DNA from: Auanema rhodensis
Lineage: Eukaryota > Animalia > Nematoda
DNA: 64,000 nt
Reading direction: 5' to 3'
NCBI GenBank assembly: GCA_964057225.1
Contig: OZ059897.1
Location: 20,522,001-20,586,000, forward strand
Below, piece after piece: positions 15,001 through 30,000 of this stretch; the stretch's first letter is position 1; every line of letters begins with the position of its first letter. The notes under the pieces were generated by a model that saw only the letters and a program-made list of their open reading frames with translations, searched no databases and was not told the origin of the DNA. A program made the position numbers and the translations under genes.

Positions 15001-18000
15001 GTATGTTGAGTTTCCATGTACACTCAACATTGCTTCCAAAAACATTTTGACAAAAATTTTTTCGAAAAATTTCAAAATAATTTAGCAAAAAGTAGATGTT
15101 TTTAGATTCCTTTTTTTAAGGCAAAGACGATGGACGATGTTATTCAACGAAAAAATTAATTCTTCAGGGTGAAAATCGAGGATATAAGTGTGAACTTATA
15201 TCAGTTGATATCTCGGTGCATTTTTAAGCTAGCGCAAATCTGATAACACAGATCGACGCAGCTTAAAAATCCGCATCGAATGCACTATACTACATTGAGA
15301 AACGCTTAATACAAAAATTAGTTATGATCGTTTGAAAAATGATGCATTAGTGTATGTTGAGTTTCCATGTACACTCAACATTGCTTCCAAAAACATTTTG
15401 ACAAAAATTTTTTCGAAAAATTTCAAAATAATTTAGCAAAAAGTAGATGTTTTTAGATTCCTTTTTTTAAGGCGAAGACGATGGACGATGTTATTCAACG
15501 AAAAAATTAATTCTTCAGGGTGAAAATCGAGGATATAAGTGTGAACTTATATCAGTTGATATCTCGGTGCATTTTTAAGCTAGCGCAAATCTGATAACAC
15601 AGATCGACGCAGCTTAAAAATCCACATCGAATGCACTATACTACATGGAAGAACGCTTAATACAAAAATTAGTTATGATCGTTTGAAAAATGATGCATTA
15701 GTGTATGTTGAGTTTCCATGTACACTCAACATTGCTTCCAAAAAGATTTTGACAAAAATTTTTTCGAAAAATTTCAAAATAATTTAGCGAAAAGTAGATG
15801 TTTTTAGATTCCTTTTTTCAAGGCAAAGACGATGGACAATGTTATTCAACGAAAAAATTATTTCTTCAGGGTGAAAATCGAGGATATAAGTGTGAACTTA
15901 TATCAGTTGATATCTCGGTGCATTTTTAAGCTAGCGCAAATCTGATAACACAGATCGACGCAGCTTAAAAATCCGCATCGAATGCACTATACTACATTAA
16001 GAAACGCTTAATACAAAAATTAGTTATGATCGTTTGAAAAATGATGCATTAGTGTATGTTGAGTTTCCATGTACACTCAACATTGCTTCCAAAAACATTT
16101 TGACAAAAATTTTTTCGAAAAATTTCAAAATAATTAAGCAAAAAGTAGATGTTTTTAGATTCCTTTTTTCAAGGCAAAGACGATGGACAATGTTATTCAA
16201 CGAAAAAATTAATTCTTCAGGGTGAAAATCGAGGATATAAGTGTGAACTTATATCAGTTGATATCTCGGTACATTTTTAAGCTAGCGCAAATCTGATAAC
16301 ACAGATCGACGCAGCTTAAAAATCCGCATCGAATGCACTATACTACATGGAAGAACGCTTAATACAAAAATTAGTTATGATCGTTTGAAAAATGATGCAT
16401 TAGTGTATGTTGAGTTTCCATGTACACTCAACATTGCTTCCAAAAACATTTTGACAAAAATTTTTTCGAAAAATTTCAAAATAATTTAGCAAAAAGTAGA
16501 TGTTTTTAGATTTCTTTTTTCAAGGCAAAGACGATGGACAATGTTATTCAACGAAAAAATTATTTCTTCAGGGTGAAAATCGAGGATATAAGTGTAAACT
16601 TATATCAGTTGATATCTCGGTGCATTTTTAAGCTAGCGCAAATCTGATAACACAGATCGACGCAGCTTAAAAATCCGCATCGAATGCACTATACTACATT
16701 GAAAAACGCTTAATGCAAAAATTAGTTATGATCGTTTGAAAAATGATGCATTAGTGTATGTTGAGTTTCCATGTACACTCAACATTGCTTCCAAAAAGAT
16801 TTTGACAAAAATTTTTTCGAAAAATTTCAAAATAATTTAGCGAAAAGTAGATGTTTTTAGATTCCTTTTTTCAAGGCAAAGACGATGGACAATGTTATTC
16901 AACGAAAAAATTATTTCTTCAGGGTGAAAATCGAGGATATAAGTGTGAACTTATATCAGTTGATATCTCGGTGCATTTTTAAGCTAGCGCAAATCTGATA
17001 ACACAGATCGACGCAGCTTAAAAATCCGCATCGAATGCACTATACTACATTGAGAAACGCTTAATACAAAAATTAGTTATGATCGTTTGAAAAATGATGC
17101 ATTAGTGTATGTTGAGTTTCCATGTACACTCAACATTGCTTCCGAAAACATTTTGACAAAAATTTTTTCGAAAAATTTCAAAATAATTTAGCAAAAAGTA
17201 GATGTTTTTAGATTCCTTTTTTCAAGGCGAAGACGATGGACAATGTTATTCAACGAAAAAATTAATTCTTCAGGGTGAAAATCGAGGATATAAGTGTGAA
17301 CTTATATCAGTTGATATCTCGGTACATTTTTAAGCTAGCGCAAATCTGATAACACAGATCGACGCAGCTTAAAAATCCGCATCGAATGCACTATACTACA
17401 TGGAAGAACGCTTAATACAAAAATTAGTTATGATCGTTTGAAAAATGATGCATTAGTGTATGTTGAGTTTCCATGTACACTCAACATTGCTTCCAAAAAC
17501 ATTTTGACAAAAATTTTTTCGAAAAATTTCAAAATAATTTAGCAAAAAGTAGATGTTTTTAGATTCCTTTTTTCAAGGCAAAGACGATGGACGATGTTAT
17601 TCAACGAAAAAATTAATTCTTCAGGGTGAAAATCGAGGATATAAGTGTGAACTTATATCAGTTGATATCTCGGTGCATTTTTAAGCTAGCGCAAATCTGA
17701 TAACACAGATCGACGCAGCTTAAAAATCCGCATCGAATGCACTATACTACATGGAAGAACGCTTAATACAAAAATTAGTTATGATCGTTTGAAAAATGAT
17801 GCATTAGTGTATGTTGAGTTTCCATGTACACTCAACATTGCTTCCAAAAACATTTTGACAAAAATTTTTTCGAAAAATTTCAAAATAATTTAGCAAAAAG
17901 TAGATGTTTTTAGATTCCTTTTTTCAAGGCAAAGACGATGGACAATGTTATTCAACGAAAAAATTATTTCTTCAGGGTGAAAATCGAGGATATAAGTGTG

Positions 18001-21000
18001 AACTTATATCAAATGATATCTCGGTGCATTTTTAAGCTAGCGCAAATCTGATAACACAGATCGACGCAGCTTAAAAATCCGCATCGAATGCACTATACTA
18101 CATTGAGAAACGCTTAATACAAAAATTAGTTATGATCGTTTGAAAAATGATGCATTAGTGTATGTTGAGTTTCCATGTACACTAAACATTGCTTCCAAAA
18201 ACATTTTGACAAAAATTTTTTCGAAAAATTTCAAAATAATTTAGCAAAAAGTAGATGTTTTTAGATTCCTTTTTTCAAGGCAAAGACGATGGACGATGTT
18301 ATTCAACGAAAAAATTAATTCTTCAGGGTGAAAATCGAGGATATAAGTGTGAACTTATATCAGTTGATATCTCGGTGCATTTTTAAGCTAGCGCAAATCT
18401 GATAACACAGATCGACGCAGCTCAAAAATCCGTACGAATGCACTATACTATATTGAGAAACGCTTAATACAAAAATTAGTTATGATCGTTTGAAAAATGA
18501 TGCATTAGTGTATGTTGAGTTTCCATGTACACTCAACATTGCTTCCAAAAACATTTTGACAAAAATTTTTTCGAAAAATTTCAAAATAATTAAGCAAAAA
18601 GTAGATGTTTTTAGATTCCTTTTTTCAAGGCAAAGACGATGGACAATGTTATTCAACGAAAAAATTAATTCTTCAGGGTGAAAATCGAGGATATAAGTGT
18701 GAACTTATATCAGTTGATATCTCGGTACATTTTTAAGCTAGCGCAAATCTGATAACACAGATCGACGCAGCTTAAAAATCCGCATCGAATGCACTATACT
18801 ACATGGAAGAACGCTTAATACAAAAATTAGTTATGATCGTTTGAAAAATGATGCATTAGTGTATGTTGAGTTTCCATGTACACTCAACATTGCTTCCAAA
18901 AACATTTTGACAAAAATTTTTTCGAAAAATTTCAAAATAATTTAGCAAAAAGTAGATGTTTTTAGATTTCTTTTTTCAAGGCAAAGACGATGGACAATGT
19001 TATTCAACGAAAAAATTATTTCTTCAGGGTGAAAATCGAGGATATAAGTGTAAACTTATATCAGTTGATATCTCGGTGCATTTTTAAGCTAGCGCAAATC
19101 TGATAACACAGATCGACGCAGCTTAAAAATCCGCATCGAATGCACTATACTACATTGAGAAACGCTTAATACAAAAATTAGTTATGATCGTTTGAAAAAT
19201 GATGCATTAGTGTATGTTGAGTTTCCATGTACACTCAACATTGCTTCCAAAAACATTTTGACAAAAATTTTTTCGAAAAATTTCAAAATAATTTAGCAAA
19301 AAGTAGATGTTTTTAGATTCCTTTTTTTAAGGCGAAGACGATGGACGATGTTATTCAACGAAAAAATTAATTCTTCAGGGTGAAAATCGAGGATATAAGT
19401 GTGAACTTATATCAGTTGATATCTCGGTGCATTTTTAAGCTAGCGCAAATCTGATAACACAGATCGACGCAGCTTAAAAATCCGCATCGAATGCACTATA
19501 CTACATGGAAGAACGCTTAATACAAAAATTAGTTATGATCGTTTGAAAAATGATGCATTAGTGTATGTTGAGTTTCCATGTACACTCAACATTGCTTCCA
19601 AAAAGATTTTGACAAAAATTTTTTCGAAAAATTTCAAAATAATTTAGCGAAAAGTAGATGTTTTTAGATTCCTTTTTTCAAGGCAAAGACGATGGACAAT
19701 GTTATTCAACGAAAAAATTATTTCTTCAGGGTGAAAATCGAGGATATAAGTGTGAACTTATATCAGTTGATATCTCGGTGCATTTTTAAGCTAGCGCAAA
19801 TCTGATAACACAGATCGACGCAGCTTAAAAATCCGCATCGAATGCACTATACTACATTAAGAAACGCTTAATACAAAAATTAGTTATGATCGTTTGAAAA
19901 ATGATGCATTAGTGTATGTTGAGTTTCCATGTACACTCAACATTGCTTCCAAAAACATTTTGACAAAAATTTTTTCGAAAAATTTCAAAATAATTTAGCA
20001 AAAAGTAGATGTTTTTAGATTCCTTTTTTTAAGGCAAAGACGATGGACGATGTTATTCAACGAAAAAATTAATTCTTCAGGGTGAAAATCGAGGATATAA
20101 GTGTGAACTTATATCAGTTGATATCTCGGTGCATTTTTAAGCTAGCGCAAATCTGATAACACAGATCGACGCAGCTTAAAAATCCGCATCGAATGCACTA
20201 TACTACATGGAAGAACGCTTAATACAAAAATTAGTTATGATCGTTTGAAAAATGATGCATTAGTGTATGTTGAGTTTCCATGTACACTCAACATTGCTTC
20301 CAAAAACATTTTGACAAAAATTTTTTCGAAAAATTTCAAAATAATTTAGCAAAAAGTAGATGTTTTTAGATTCCTTTTTTCAAGGCAAAGACGATGGACA
20401 ATGTTATTCTACGAAAAAATTATTTCTTCAGGGTGAAAATCGAGGATATAAGTGTGAACTTATATCAGTTGATATCTCGGTGCATTTTTAAGCTAGCGCA
20501 AATCTGATAACACAGATCGACGCAGCTTAAAAATCCGCATCGAATGCACTATACTACATTGAGAAACGCTTAATACAAAAATTAGTTATGATCGTTTGAA
20601 AAATGATGCATTAGTGTATGTTGAGTTTCCATGTACACTCAACATTGCTTCCAAAAACATTTTGACAAAAATTTTTTCGAAAAATTTCAAAATAATTTAG
20701 CAAAAAGTAGATGTTTTTAGATTCCTTTTTTCAAGGCAAAGACGATGGACGATGTTATTCAACGAAAAAATTAATTCTTCAGGGTGAAAATCGAGGATAT
20801 AAGTGTGAACTTATATCAGTTGATATCTCGGTGCATTTTTAAGCTAGCGCAAATCTGATAACACAGATCGACGCAGCTTAAAAATCCGCATCGAATGCAC
20901 TATACTATATTGAGAAACGCTAAATACAAAAATTAGTTATGATCGTTTGAAAAATGATGCATTAGTGTATGTTGAGTTTCCATGTACACTCAACATTGCT

Positions 21001-24000
21001 TCCAAAAACATTTTGACAAAAATTTTTTCGAAAAATTTCAAAATAATTAAGCAAAAAGTAGATGTTTTTAGATTCCTTTTTTCAAGGCAAAGACGATGGA
21101 CAATGTTATTCAACGAAAAAATTAATTCTTCAGGGTGAAAATCGAGGATATAAGTGTGAACTTATATCAGTTGATATCTCGGTACATTTTTAAGCTAGCG
21201 CAAATCTGATAACACAGATCGACGCAGCTTAAAAATCCGCATCGAATGCACTATACTACATGGAAGAACGCTTAATACAAAAATTAGTTATGATCGTTTG
21301 AAAAATGATGCATTAGTGTATGTTGAGTTTCCATGTACACTCAACATTGCTTCCAAAAACATTTTGACAAAAATTTTTTCGAAAAATTTCAAAATAATTA
21401 AGCAAAAAGTAGATGTTTTTAGATTCCTTTTTTCAAGGCAAAGACGATGGACAATGTTATTCAACGAAAAAATTAATTCTTCAGGGTGAAAATCGAGGAT
21501 ATAAGTGTGAACTTATATCAGTTGATATCTCGGTACATTTTTAAGCTAGCGCAAATCTGATAACACAGATCGACGCAGCTTAAAAATCCGCATCGAATGC
21601 ACTATACTACATGGAAGAACGCTTAATACAAAAATTAGTTATGATCGTTTGAAAAATGATGCATTAGTGTATGTTGAGTTTCCATGTACACTCAACATTG
21701 CTTCCAAAAACATTTTGACAAAAATTTTTTCGAAAAATTTCAAAATAATTTAGCAAAAAGTAGATGTTTTTAGATTTCTTTTTTCAAGGCAAAGACGATG
21801 GACAATGTTATTCAACGAAAAAATTATTTCTTCAGGGTGAAAATCGAGGATATAAGTGTAAACTTATATCAGTTGATATCTCGGTGCATTTTTGAGCTAG
21901 CGCAAATCTGATAACACAGATCGACGCAGCTTAAAAATCCGCATCGAATGCACTATACTACATTAAGAAACGCTTAATACAAAAATTAGTTATGATCGTT
22001 TGAAAAATGATGCATTAGTGTATGTTGAGTTTCCATGTACACTCAACATTGCTTCCAAAAACATTTTGACAAAAATTTTTTCGAAAAATTTCAAAATAAT
22101 TTAGCAAAAAGTAGATGTTTTTAGATTCCTTTTTTCAAGGCAAAGACGATGGACAATGTTATTTAACGAAAAAATTAATTCTTCAGGGTGAAAATCGAGG
22201 ATAAAAGTGTAAACTTATATCAGTTGATATCTCGGTACATTTTTAAGCTAGCGCAAATCTGATAACACAGATCGACGCAGCTTAAAAATCCGCATCGAAT
22301 GCACTATACTACATTAAGAAACGCTTAATACAAAAATTAGTTATGATCGTTTGAAAAATGATGCATTAGTGTATGTTGAGTTTCCATGTACACTCAACAT
22401 TGCTTCCAAAAACATTTTGACAAAAATTTTTTCGAAAAATTTCAAAATAATTTAGCAAAAAGTAGATGTTTTTAGATTCCTTTTTTCAAGGCAAAGACGA
22501 TGGACAATGTTATTCAACGAAAAAATTAATTCTTCAGGGTGAAAATCGAGGATATAAGTGTGAACTTATATCAGTTGATATCTCGGTACATTTTTAAGCT
22601 AGCGCAAATCTGATAACACAGATCGACGCAGCTTAAAAATCCGCATCGAATGCACTATACTACATGGAAGAACGCTTAATACAGAAATTAGTTATGATCG
22701 TTTGAAAAATGATGCATTAGTGTATGTTGAGTTTCCATGTACACTCAACATTGCTTCCAAAAACATTTTGACAAAAATTTTTTCGAAAAATTTCAGAATA
22801 ATTTAGCAAAAAGTAGATGTTTTTAGATTCCTTTTTTCAAGGCAAAGACGATGAACAATGTTATTCAACGAAAAAATTAATTCTTCAGGGTGAAAATCGA
22901 GGATATAAGTGTAAACTTATATCAGTTGATATCTCGGTGCATTTTTAAGCTAGCGCAAAACTGATAACACAGATCGACGCAGCTTAAAAATCCGCATCGA
23001 ATGCACTATACTACATTAAGAAACGCTTAATACAACAATTAGTTATGATCGTTTGAAAAATGATGCATTAGTGTATGTTGAGTTTCCATGTACACTCAAC
23101 ATTGCTTCCAAAAACATTTTGACAAAAATTTTTTCGAAAAATTTCAAAATAATTTAGCAAAAAGTAGATGTTTTTAGATTCCTTTTTTTAAGGCAAAGAC
23201 GATGGACGATGTTATTCAACGAAAAAATTAATTCTTCAGGGTGAAAATCGAGGATATAAGTGTGAACTTATATCAGTTGATATCTCGGTGCATTTTTAAG
23301 CTAGCGCAAATCTGATAACACAGATCGACGCAGCTTAAAAATCCGCATCGAATGCACTATACTACATGGAAGAACGCTTAATACAAAAATTAGTTATGAT
23401 CGTTTGAAAAATGATGCATTAGTGTATGTTGAGTTTCCATGTACACTCAACATTGCTTCCAAAAACATTTTGACAAAAATTTTTTCGAAAAATTTCAAAA
23501 TAATTTAGCAAAAAGTAGATGTTTTTAGATTCCTTTTTTCAAGGCAAAGACGATGGACAATGTTATTCTACGAAAAAATTATTTCTTCAGGGTGAAAATC
23601 GAGGATATAAGTGTGAACTTATATCAGTTGATATCTCGGTGCATTTTTAAGCTAGCGCAAATCTGATAACACAGATCGACGCAGCTTAAAAATCCGCATC
23701 GAATGCACTATACTACATTGAGAAACGCTTAATACAAAAATTAGTTATGATCGTTTGAAAAATGATGCATTAGTGTATGTTGAGTTTCCATGTACACTCA
23801 ACATTGCTTCCAAAAACATTTTGACAAAAATTTTTTCGAAAAATTTCAAAATAATTTAGCAAAAAGTAGATGTTTTTAGATTCCTTTTTTCAAGGCAAAG
23901 ACGATGGACGATGTTATTCAACGAAAAAATTAATTCTTCAGGGTGAAAATCGAGGATATAAGTGTGAACTTATATCAGTTGATATCTCGGTGCATTTTTA

Positions 24001-27000
24001 AGCTAGCGCAAATCTGATAACACAGATCGACGCAGCTTAAAAATCCGCATCGAATGCACTATACTATATTGAGAAACGCTAAATACAAAAATTAGTTATG
24101 ATCGTTTGAAAAATGATGCATTAGTGTATGTTGAGTTTCCATGTACACTCAACATTGCTTCCAAAAACATTTTGACAAAAATTTTTTCGAAAAATTTCAA
24201 AATAATTAAGCAAAAAGTAGATGTTTTTAGATTCCTTTTTTCAAGGCAAAGACGATGGACAATGTTATTCAACGAAAAAATTAATTCTTCAGGGTGAAAA
24301 TCGAGGATATAAGTGTGAACTTATATCAGTTGATATCTCGGTACATTTTTAAGCTAGCGCAAATCTGATAACACAGATCGACGCAGCTTAAAAATCCGCA
24401 TCGAATACACTATACTACATGGAAGAACGCTTAATACAAAAATTAGTTATGATCGTTTGAAAAATGATGCATTAGTGTATGTTGAGTTTCCATGTACACT
24501 CAACATTGCTTCCAAAAACATTTTGACAAAAATTTTTTCGAAAAATTTCAAAATAATTTAGCAAAAAGTAGATGTTTTTAGATTCCTTTTTTCAAGGCAA
24601 AGACGATGGACGATGTTATTCAACGAAAAAATTAATTCTTCAGGGTGAAAATCGAGGATATAAGTGTGAACTTATATCAGTTGATATCTCGGTGCATTTT
24701 TAAGCTAGCGCAAATCTGATAACACAGATCGACGCAGCTTAAAAATCCGCATCGAATGCACTATACTATATTGAGAAACGCTAAATACAAAAATTAGTTA
24801 TGATCGTTTGAAAAATGATGCATTAGTGTATGTTGAGTTTCCATGTACACTCAACATTGCTTCCAAAAACATTTTGACAAAAATTTTTTCGAAAAATTTC
24901 AAAATAATTAAGCAAAAAGTAGATGTTTTTAGATTCCTTTTTTCAAGGCAAAGACGATGGACAATGTTATTCAACGAAAAAATTAATTCTTCAGGGTGAA
25001 AATCGAGGATATAAGTGTGAACTTATATCAGTTGATATCTCGGTACATTTTTAAGCTAGCGCAAATCTGATAACACAGATCGACGCAGCTTAAAAATCCG
25101 CATCGAATACACTATACTACATGGAAGAACGCTTAATACAAAAATTAGTTATGATCGTTTGAAAAATGATGCATTAGTGTATGTTGAGTTTCCATGTACA
25201 CTCAACATTGCTTCCAAAAACATTTTGACAAAAATTTTTTCGAAAAATTTCAAAATAATTTAGCAAAAAGTAGATGTTTTTAGATTTCTTTTTTCAAGGC
25301 AAAGACGATGGACAATGTTATTCAACGAAAAAATTATTTCTTCAGGGTGAAAATCGAGGATATAAGTGTAAACTTATATCAGTTGATATCTCGGTGCATT
25401 TTTAAGCTAGCGCAAATCTGATAACACAGATCGACGCAGCTTAAACATCCGCATCGAATGCACTATACTACATTAAGAAACGCTTAATACAAAAATTAGT
25501 TATGATCGTTTGAAAAATGATGCATTAGTGTATGTTGAGTTTCCATGTACACTCAACATTGCTTCCAAAAACATTTTGACAAAAATTTTTTCGAAAAATT
25601 TCAAAATAATTTAGCAAAAAGTAGATGTTTTTAGATTCCTTTTTTCAAGGCAAAGACGATGGACAATGTTATTTAACGAAAAAATTAATTCTTCAGGGTG
25701 AAAATCGAGGATAAAAGTGTAAACTTATATCAGTTGATATCTCGGTACATTTTTAAGCTAGCGCAAATCTGATAACACAGATCGACGCAGCTTAAAAATC
25801 CGCATCGAATGCACTATACTACATTAAGAAACGCTTAATACAAAAATTAGTTATGATCGTTTGAAAAATGATGCATTAGTGTATGTTGAGTTTCCATGTA
25901 CACTCAACATTGCTTCCAAAAACATTTTGACAAAAATTTTTTCGAAAAATTTCAAAATAATTTAGCAAAAAGTAGATGTTTTTAGATTCCTTTTTTCAAG
26001 GCAAAGACGATGGACAATGTTATTCTACGAAAAAATTATTTCTTCAGGGTGAAAATCGAGGATATAAGTGTGAACTTATATCAGTTGATATCTCGGTGCA
26101 TTTTTAAGCTAGCGCAAATCTGATAACACAGATCGACGCAGCTTAAAAATCCGCATCGAATGCACTATACTACATTGAGAAACGCTTAATACAAAAATTA
26201 GTTATGATCGTTTGAAAAATGATGCATTAGTGTATGTTGAGTTTCCATGTACACTCAACATTGCTTCCAAAAACATTTTGACAAAAATTTTTTCGAAAAA
26301 TTTCAAAATAATTTAGCAAAAAGTAGATGTTTTTAGATTCCTTTTTTCAAGGCAAAGACGATGGACGATGTTATTCAACGAAAAAATTAATTCTTCAGGG
26401 TGAAAATCGAGGATATAAGTGTGAACTTATATCAGTTGATATCTCGGTGCATTTTTAAGCTAGCGCAAATCTGATAACACAGATCGACGCAGCTTAAAAA
26501 TCCGCATCGAATGCACTATACTATATTGAGAAACGCTAAATACAAAAATTAGTTATGATCGTTTGAAAAATGATGCATTAGTGTATGTTGAGTTTCCATG
26601 TACACTCAACATTGCTTCCAAAAACATTTTGACAAAAATTTTTTCGAAAAATTTCAAAATAATTAAGCAAAAAGTAGATGTTTTTAGATTCCTTTTTTCA
26701 AGGCAAAGACGATGGACAATGTTATTCAACGAAAAAATTAATTCTTCAGGGTGAAAATCGAGGATATAAGTGTGAACTTATATCAGTTGATATCTCGGTA
26801 CATTTTTAAGCTAGCGCAAATCTGATAACACAGATCGACGCAGCTTAAAAATCCGCATCGAATACACTATACTACATGGAAGAACGCTTAATACAAAAAT
26901 TAGTTATGATCGTTTGAAAAATGATGCATTAGTGTATGTTGAGTTTCCATGTACACTCAACATTGCTTCCAAAAACATTTTGACAAAAATTTTTTCGAAA

Positions 27001-30000
27001 AATTTCAAAATAATTTAGCAAAAAGTAGATGTTTTTAGATTCCTTTTTTCAAGGCAAAGACGATGGACGATGTTATTCAACGAAAAAATTAATTCTTCAG
27101 GGTGAAAATCGAGGATATAAGTGTGAACTTATATCAGTTGATATCTCGGTGCATTTTTAAGCTAGCGCAAATCTGATAACACAGATCGACGCAGCTTAAA
27201 AATCCGCATCGAATGCACTATACTATATTGAGAAACGCTAAATACAAAAATTAGTTATGATCGTTTGAAAAATGATGCATTAGTGTATGTTGAGTTTCCA
27301 TGTACACTCAACATTGCTTCCAAAAACATTTTGACAAAAATTTTTTCGAAAAATTTCAAAATAATTAAGCAAAAAGTAGATGTTTTTAGATTCCTTTTTT
27401 CAAGGCAAAGACGATGGACAATGTTATTCAACGAAAAAATTAATTCTTCAGGGTGAAAATCGAGGATATAAGTGTGAACTTATATCAGTTGATATCTCGG
27501 TACATTTTTAAGCTAGCGCAAATCTGATAACACAGATCGACGCAGCTTAAAAATCCGCATCGAATACACTATACTACATGGAAGAACGCTTAATACAAAA
27601 ATTAGTTATGATCGTTTGAAAAATGATGCATTAGTGTATGTTGAGTTTCCATGTACACTCAACATTGCTTCCAAAAACATTTTGACAAAAATTTTTTCGA
27701 AAAATTTCAAAATAATTTAGCAAAAAGTAGATGTTTTTAGATTTCTTTTTTCAAGGCAAAGACGATGGACAATGTTATTCAACGAAAAAATTATTTCTTC
27801 AGGGTGAAAATCGAGGATATAAGTGTAAACTTATATCAGTTGATATCTCGGTGCATTTTTAAGCTAGCGCAAATCTGATAACACAGATCGACGCAGCTTA
27901 AACATCCGCATCGAATGCACTATACTACATTAAGAAACGCTTAATACAAAAATTAGTTATGATCGTTTGAAAAATGATGCATTAGTGTATGTTGAGTTTC
28001 CATGTACACTCAACATTGCTTCCAAAAACATTTTGACAAAAATTTTTTCGAAAAATTTCAAAATAATTTAGCAAAAAGTAGATGTTTTTAGATTCCTTTT
28101 TTCAAGGCAAAGACGATGGACAATGTTATTTAACGAAAAAATTAATTCTTCAGGGTGAAAATCGAGGATAAAAGTGTAAACTTATATCAGTTGATATCTC
28201 GGTACATTTTTAAGCTAGCGCAAATCTGATAACACAGATCGACGCAGCTTAAAAATCCGCATCGAATGCACTATACTACATTAAGAAACGCTTAATACAA
28301 AAATTAGTTATGATCGTTTGAAAAATGATGCATTAGTGTATGTTGAGTTTCCATGTACACTCAACATTGCTTCCAAAAACATTTTGACAAAAATTTTTTC
28401 GAAAAATTTCAAAATAATTTAGCAAAAAGTAGATGTTTTTAGATTCCTTTTTTCAAGGCAAAGACGATGGACAATGTTATTCAACGAAAAAATTAATTCT
28501 TCAGGGTGAAAATCGAGGATATAAGTGTGAACTTATATCAGTTGATATCTCGGTACATTTTTAAGCTAGCGCAAATCTGATAACACAGATCGACGCAGCT
28601 TAAAAATCCGCATCGAATGCACTATACTACATGGAAGAACGCTTAATACAGAAATTAGTTATGATCGTTTGAAAAATGATGCATTAGTGTATCTTGAGTT
28701 TCCATGTACACTCAACATTGCTTCCAAAAACATTTTGACAAAAATTTTTTCGAAAAATTTCAGAATAATTTAGCAAAAAGTAGATGTTTTTAGATTCCTT
28801 TTTTCAAGGCAAAGACGATGAACAATGTTATTCAACGAAAAAATTAATTCTTCAGGGTGAAAATCGAGGATATAAGTGTAAACTTATATCAGTTGATATC
28901 TCGGTGCATTTTTAAGCTAGCGCAAAACTGATAACACAGATCGACGCAGCTTAAAAATCCGCATCGAATGCACTATACTACATTAAGAAACGCTTAATAC
29001 AAAAATTAGTTATGATCGTTTGAAAAATGATGCATTAGTGTATGTTGAGTTTCCATGTACACTCAACATTGCTTCCAAAAACATTTTGACAAAAATTTTT
29101 TCGAAAAATTTCAAAATAATTTAGCAAAAAGTAGATGTTTTTAGATTTCTTTTTTCAAGGCAAAGACGATGGACAATGTTATTCAACGAAAAAATTATTT
29201 CTTCAGGGTGAAAATCGAGGATATAAGTGTAAACTTATATCAGTTGATATCTCGGTGCATTTTTAAGCTAGCGCAAATCTGATAACACAGATCGACGCAG
29301 CTTAAAAATCCGCATCGAATGCACTATACTACATTGAGAAACGCTTAATACAAAAATTAGTTATGATCGTTTGAAAAATGATGCATTAGTGTATGTTGAG
29401 TTTCCATGTACACTCAACATTGCTTCCAAAAACATTTTGACAAAAATTTTTTCGAAAAATTTCAAAATAATTTAGCAAAAAGTAGATGTTTTTAGATTCC
29501 TTTTTTTAAGGCGAAGACGATGGACGATGTTATTCAACGAAAAAATTAATTCTTCAGGGTGAAAATCGAGGATATAAGTGTGAACTTATATCAGTTGATA
29601 TCTCGGTGCATTTTTAAGCTAGCGCAAATCTGATAACACAGATCGACGCAGCTTAAAAATCCGCATCGAATGCACTATACTACATGGAAGAACGCTTAAT
29701 ACAAAAATTAGTTATGATCGTTTGAAAAATGATGCATTAGTGTATGTTGAGTTTCCATGTACACTCAACATTGCTTCCAAAAACATTTTGACAAAAATTT
29801 TTTCGAAAAATTTCAAAATAATTTAGCAAAAAGTAGATGTTTTTAGATTCCTTTTTTCAAGGCAAAGACGATGAACAATGTTATTCAACGAAAAAATTAA
29901 TTCTTCAGGGTGAAAATCGAGGATATAAGTGTGAACTTATATCAGTTGATATCTCGGTGCATTTTTAAGCTAGCGCAAATCTGATAACACAGATCGACGC

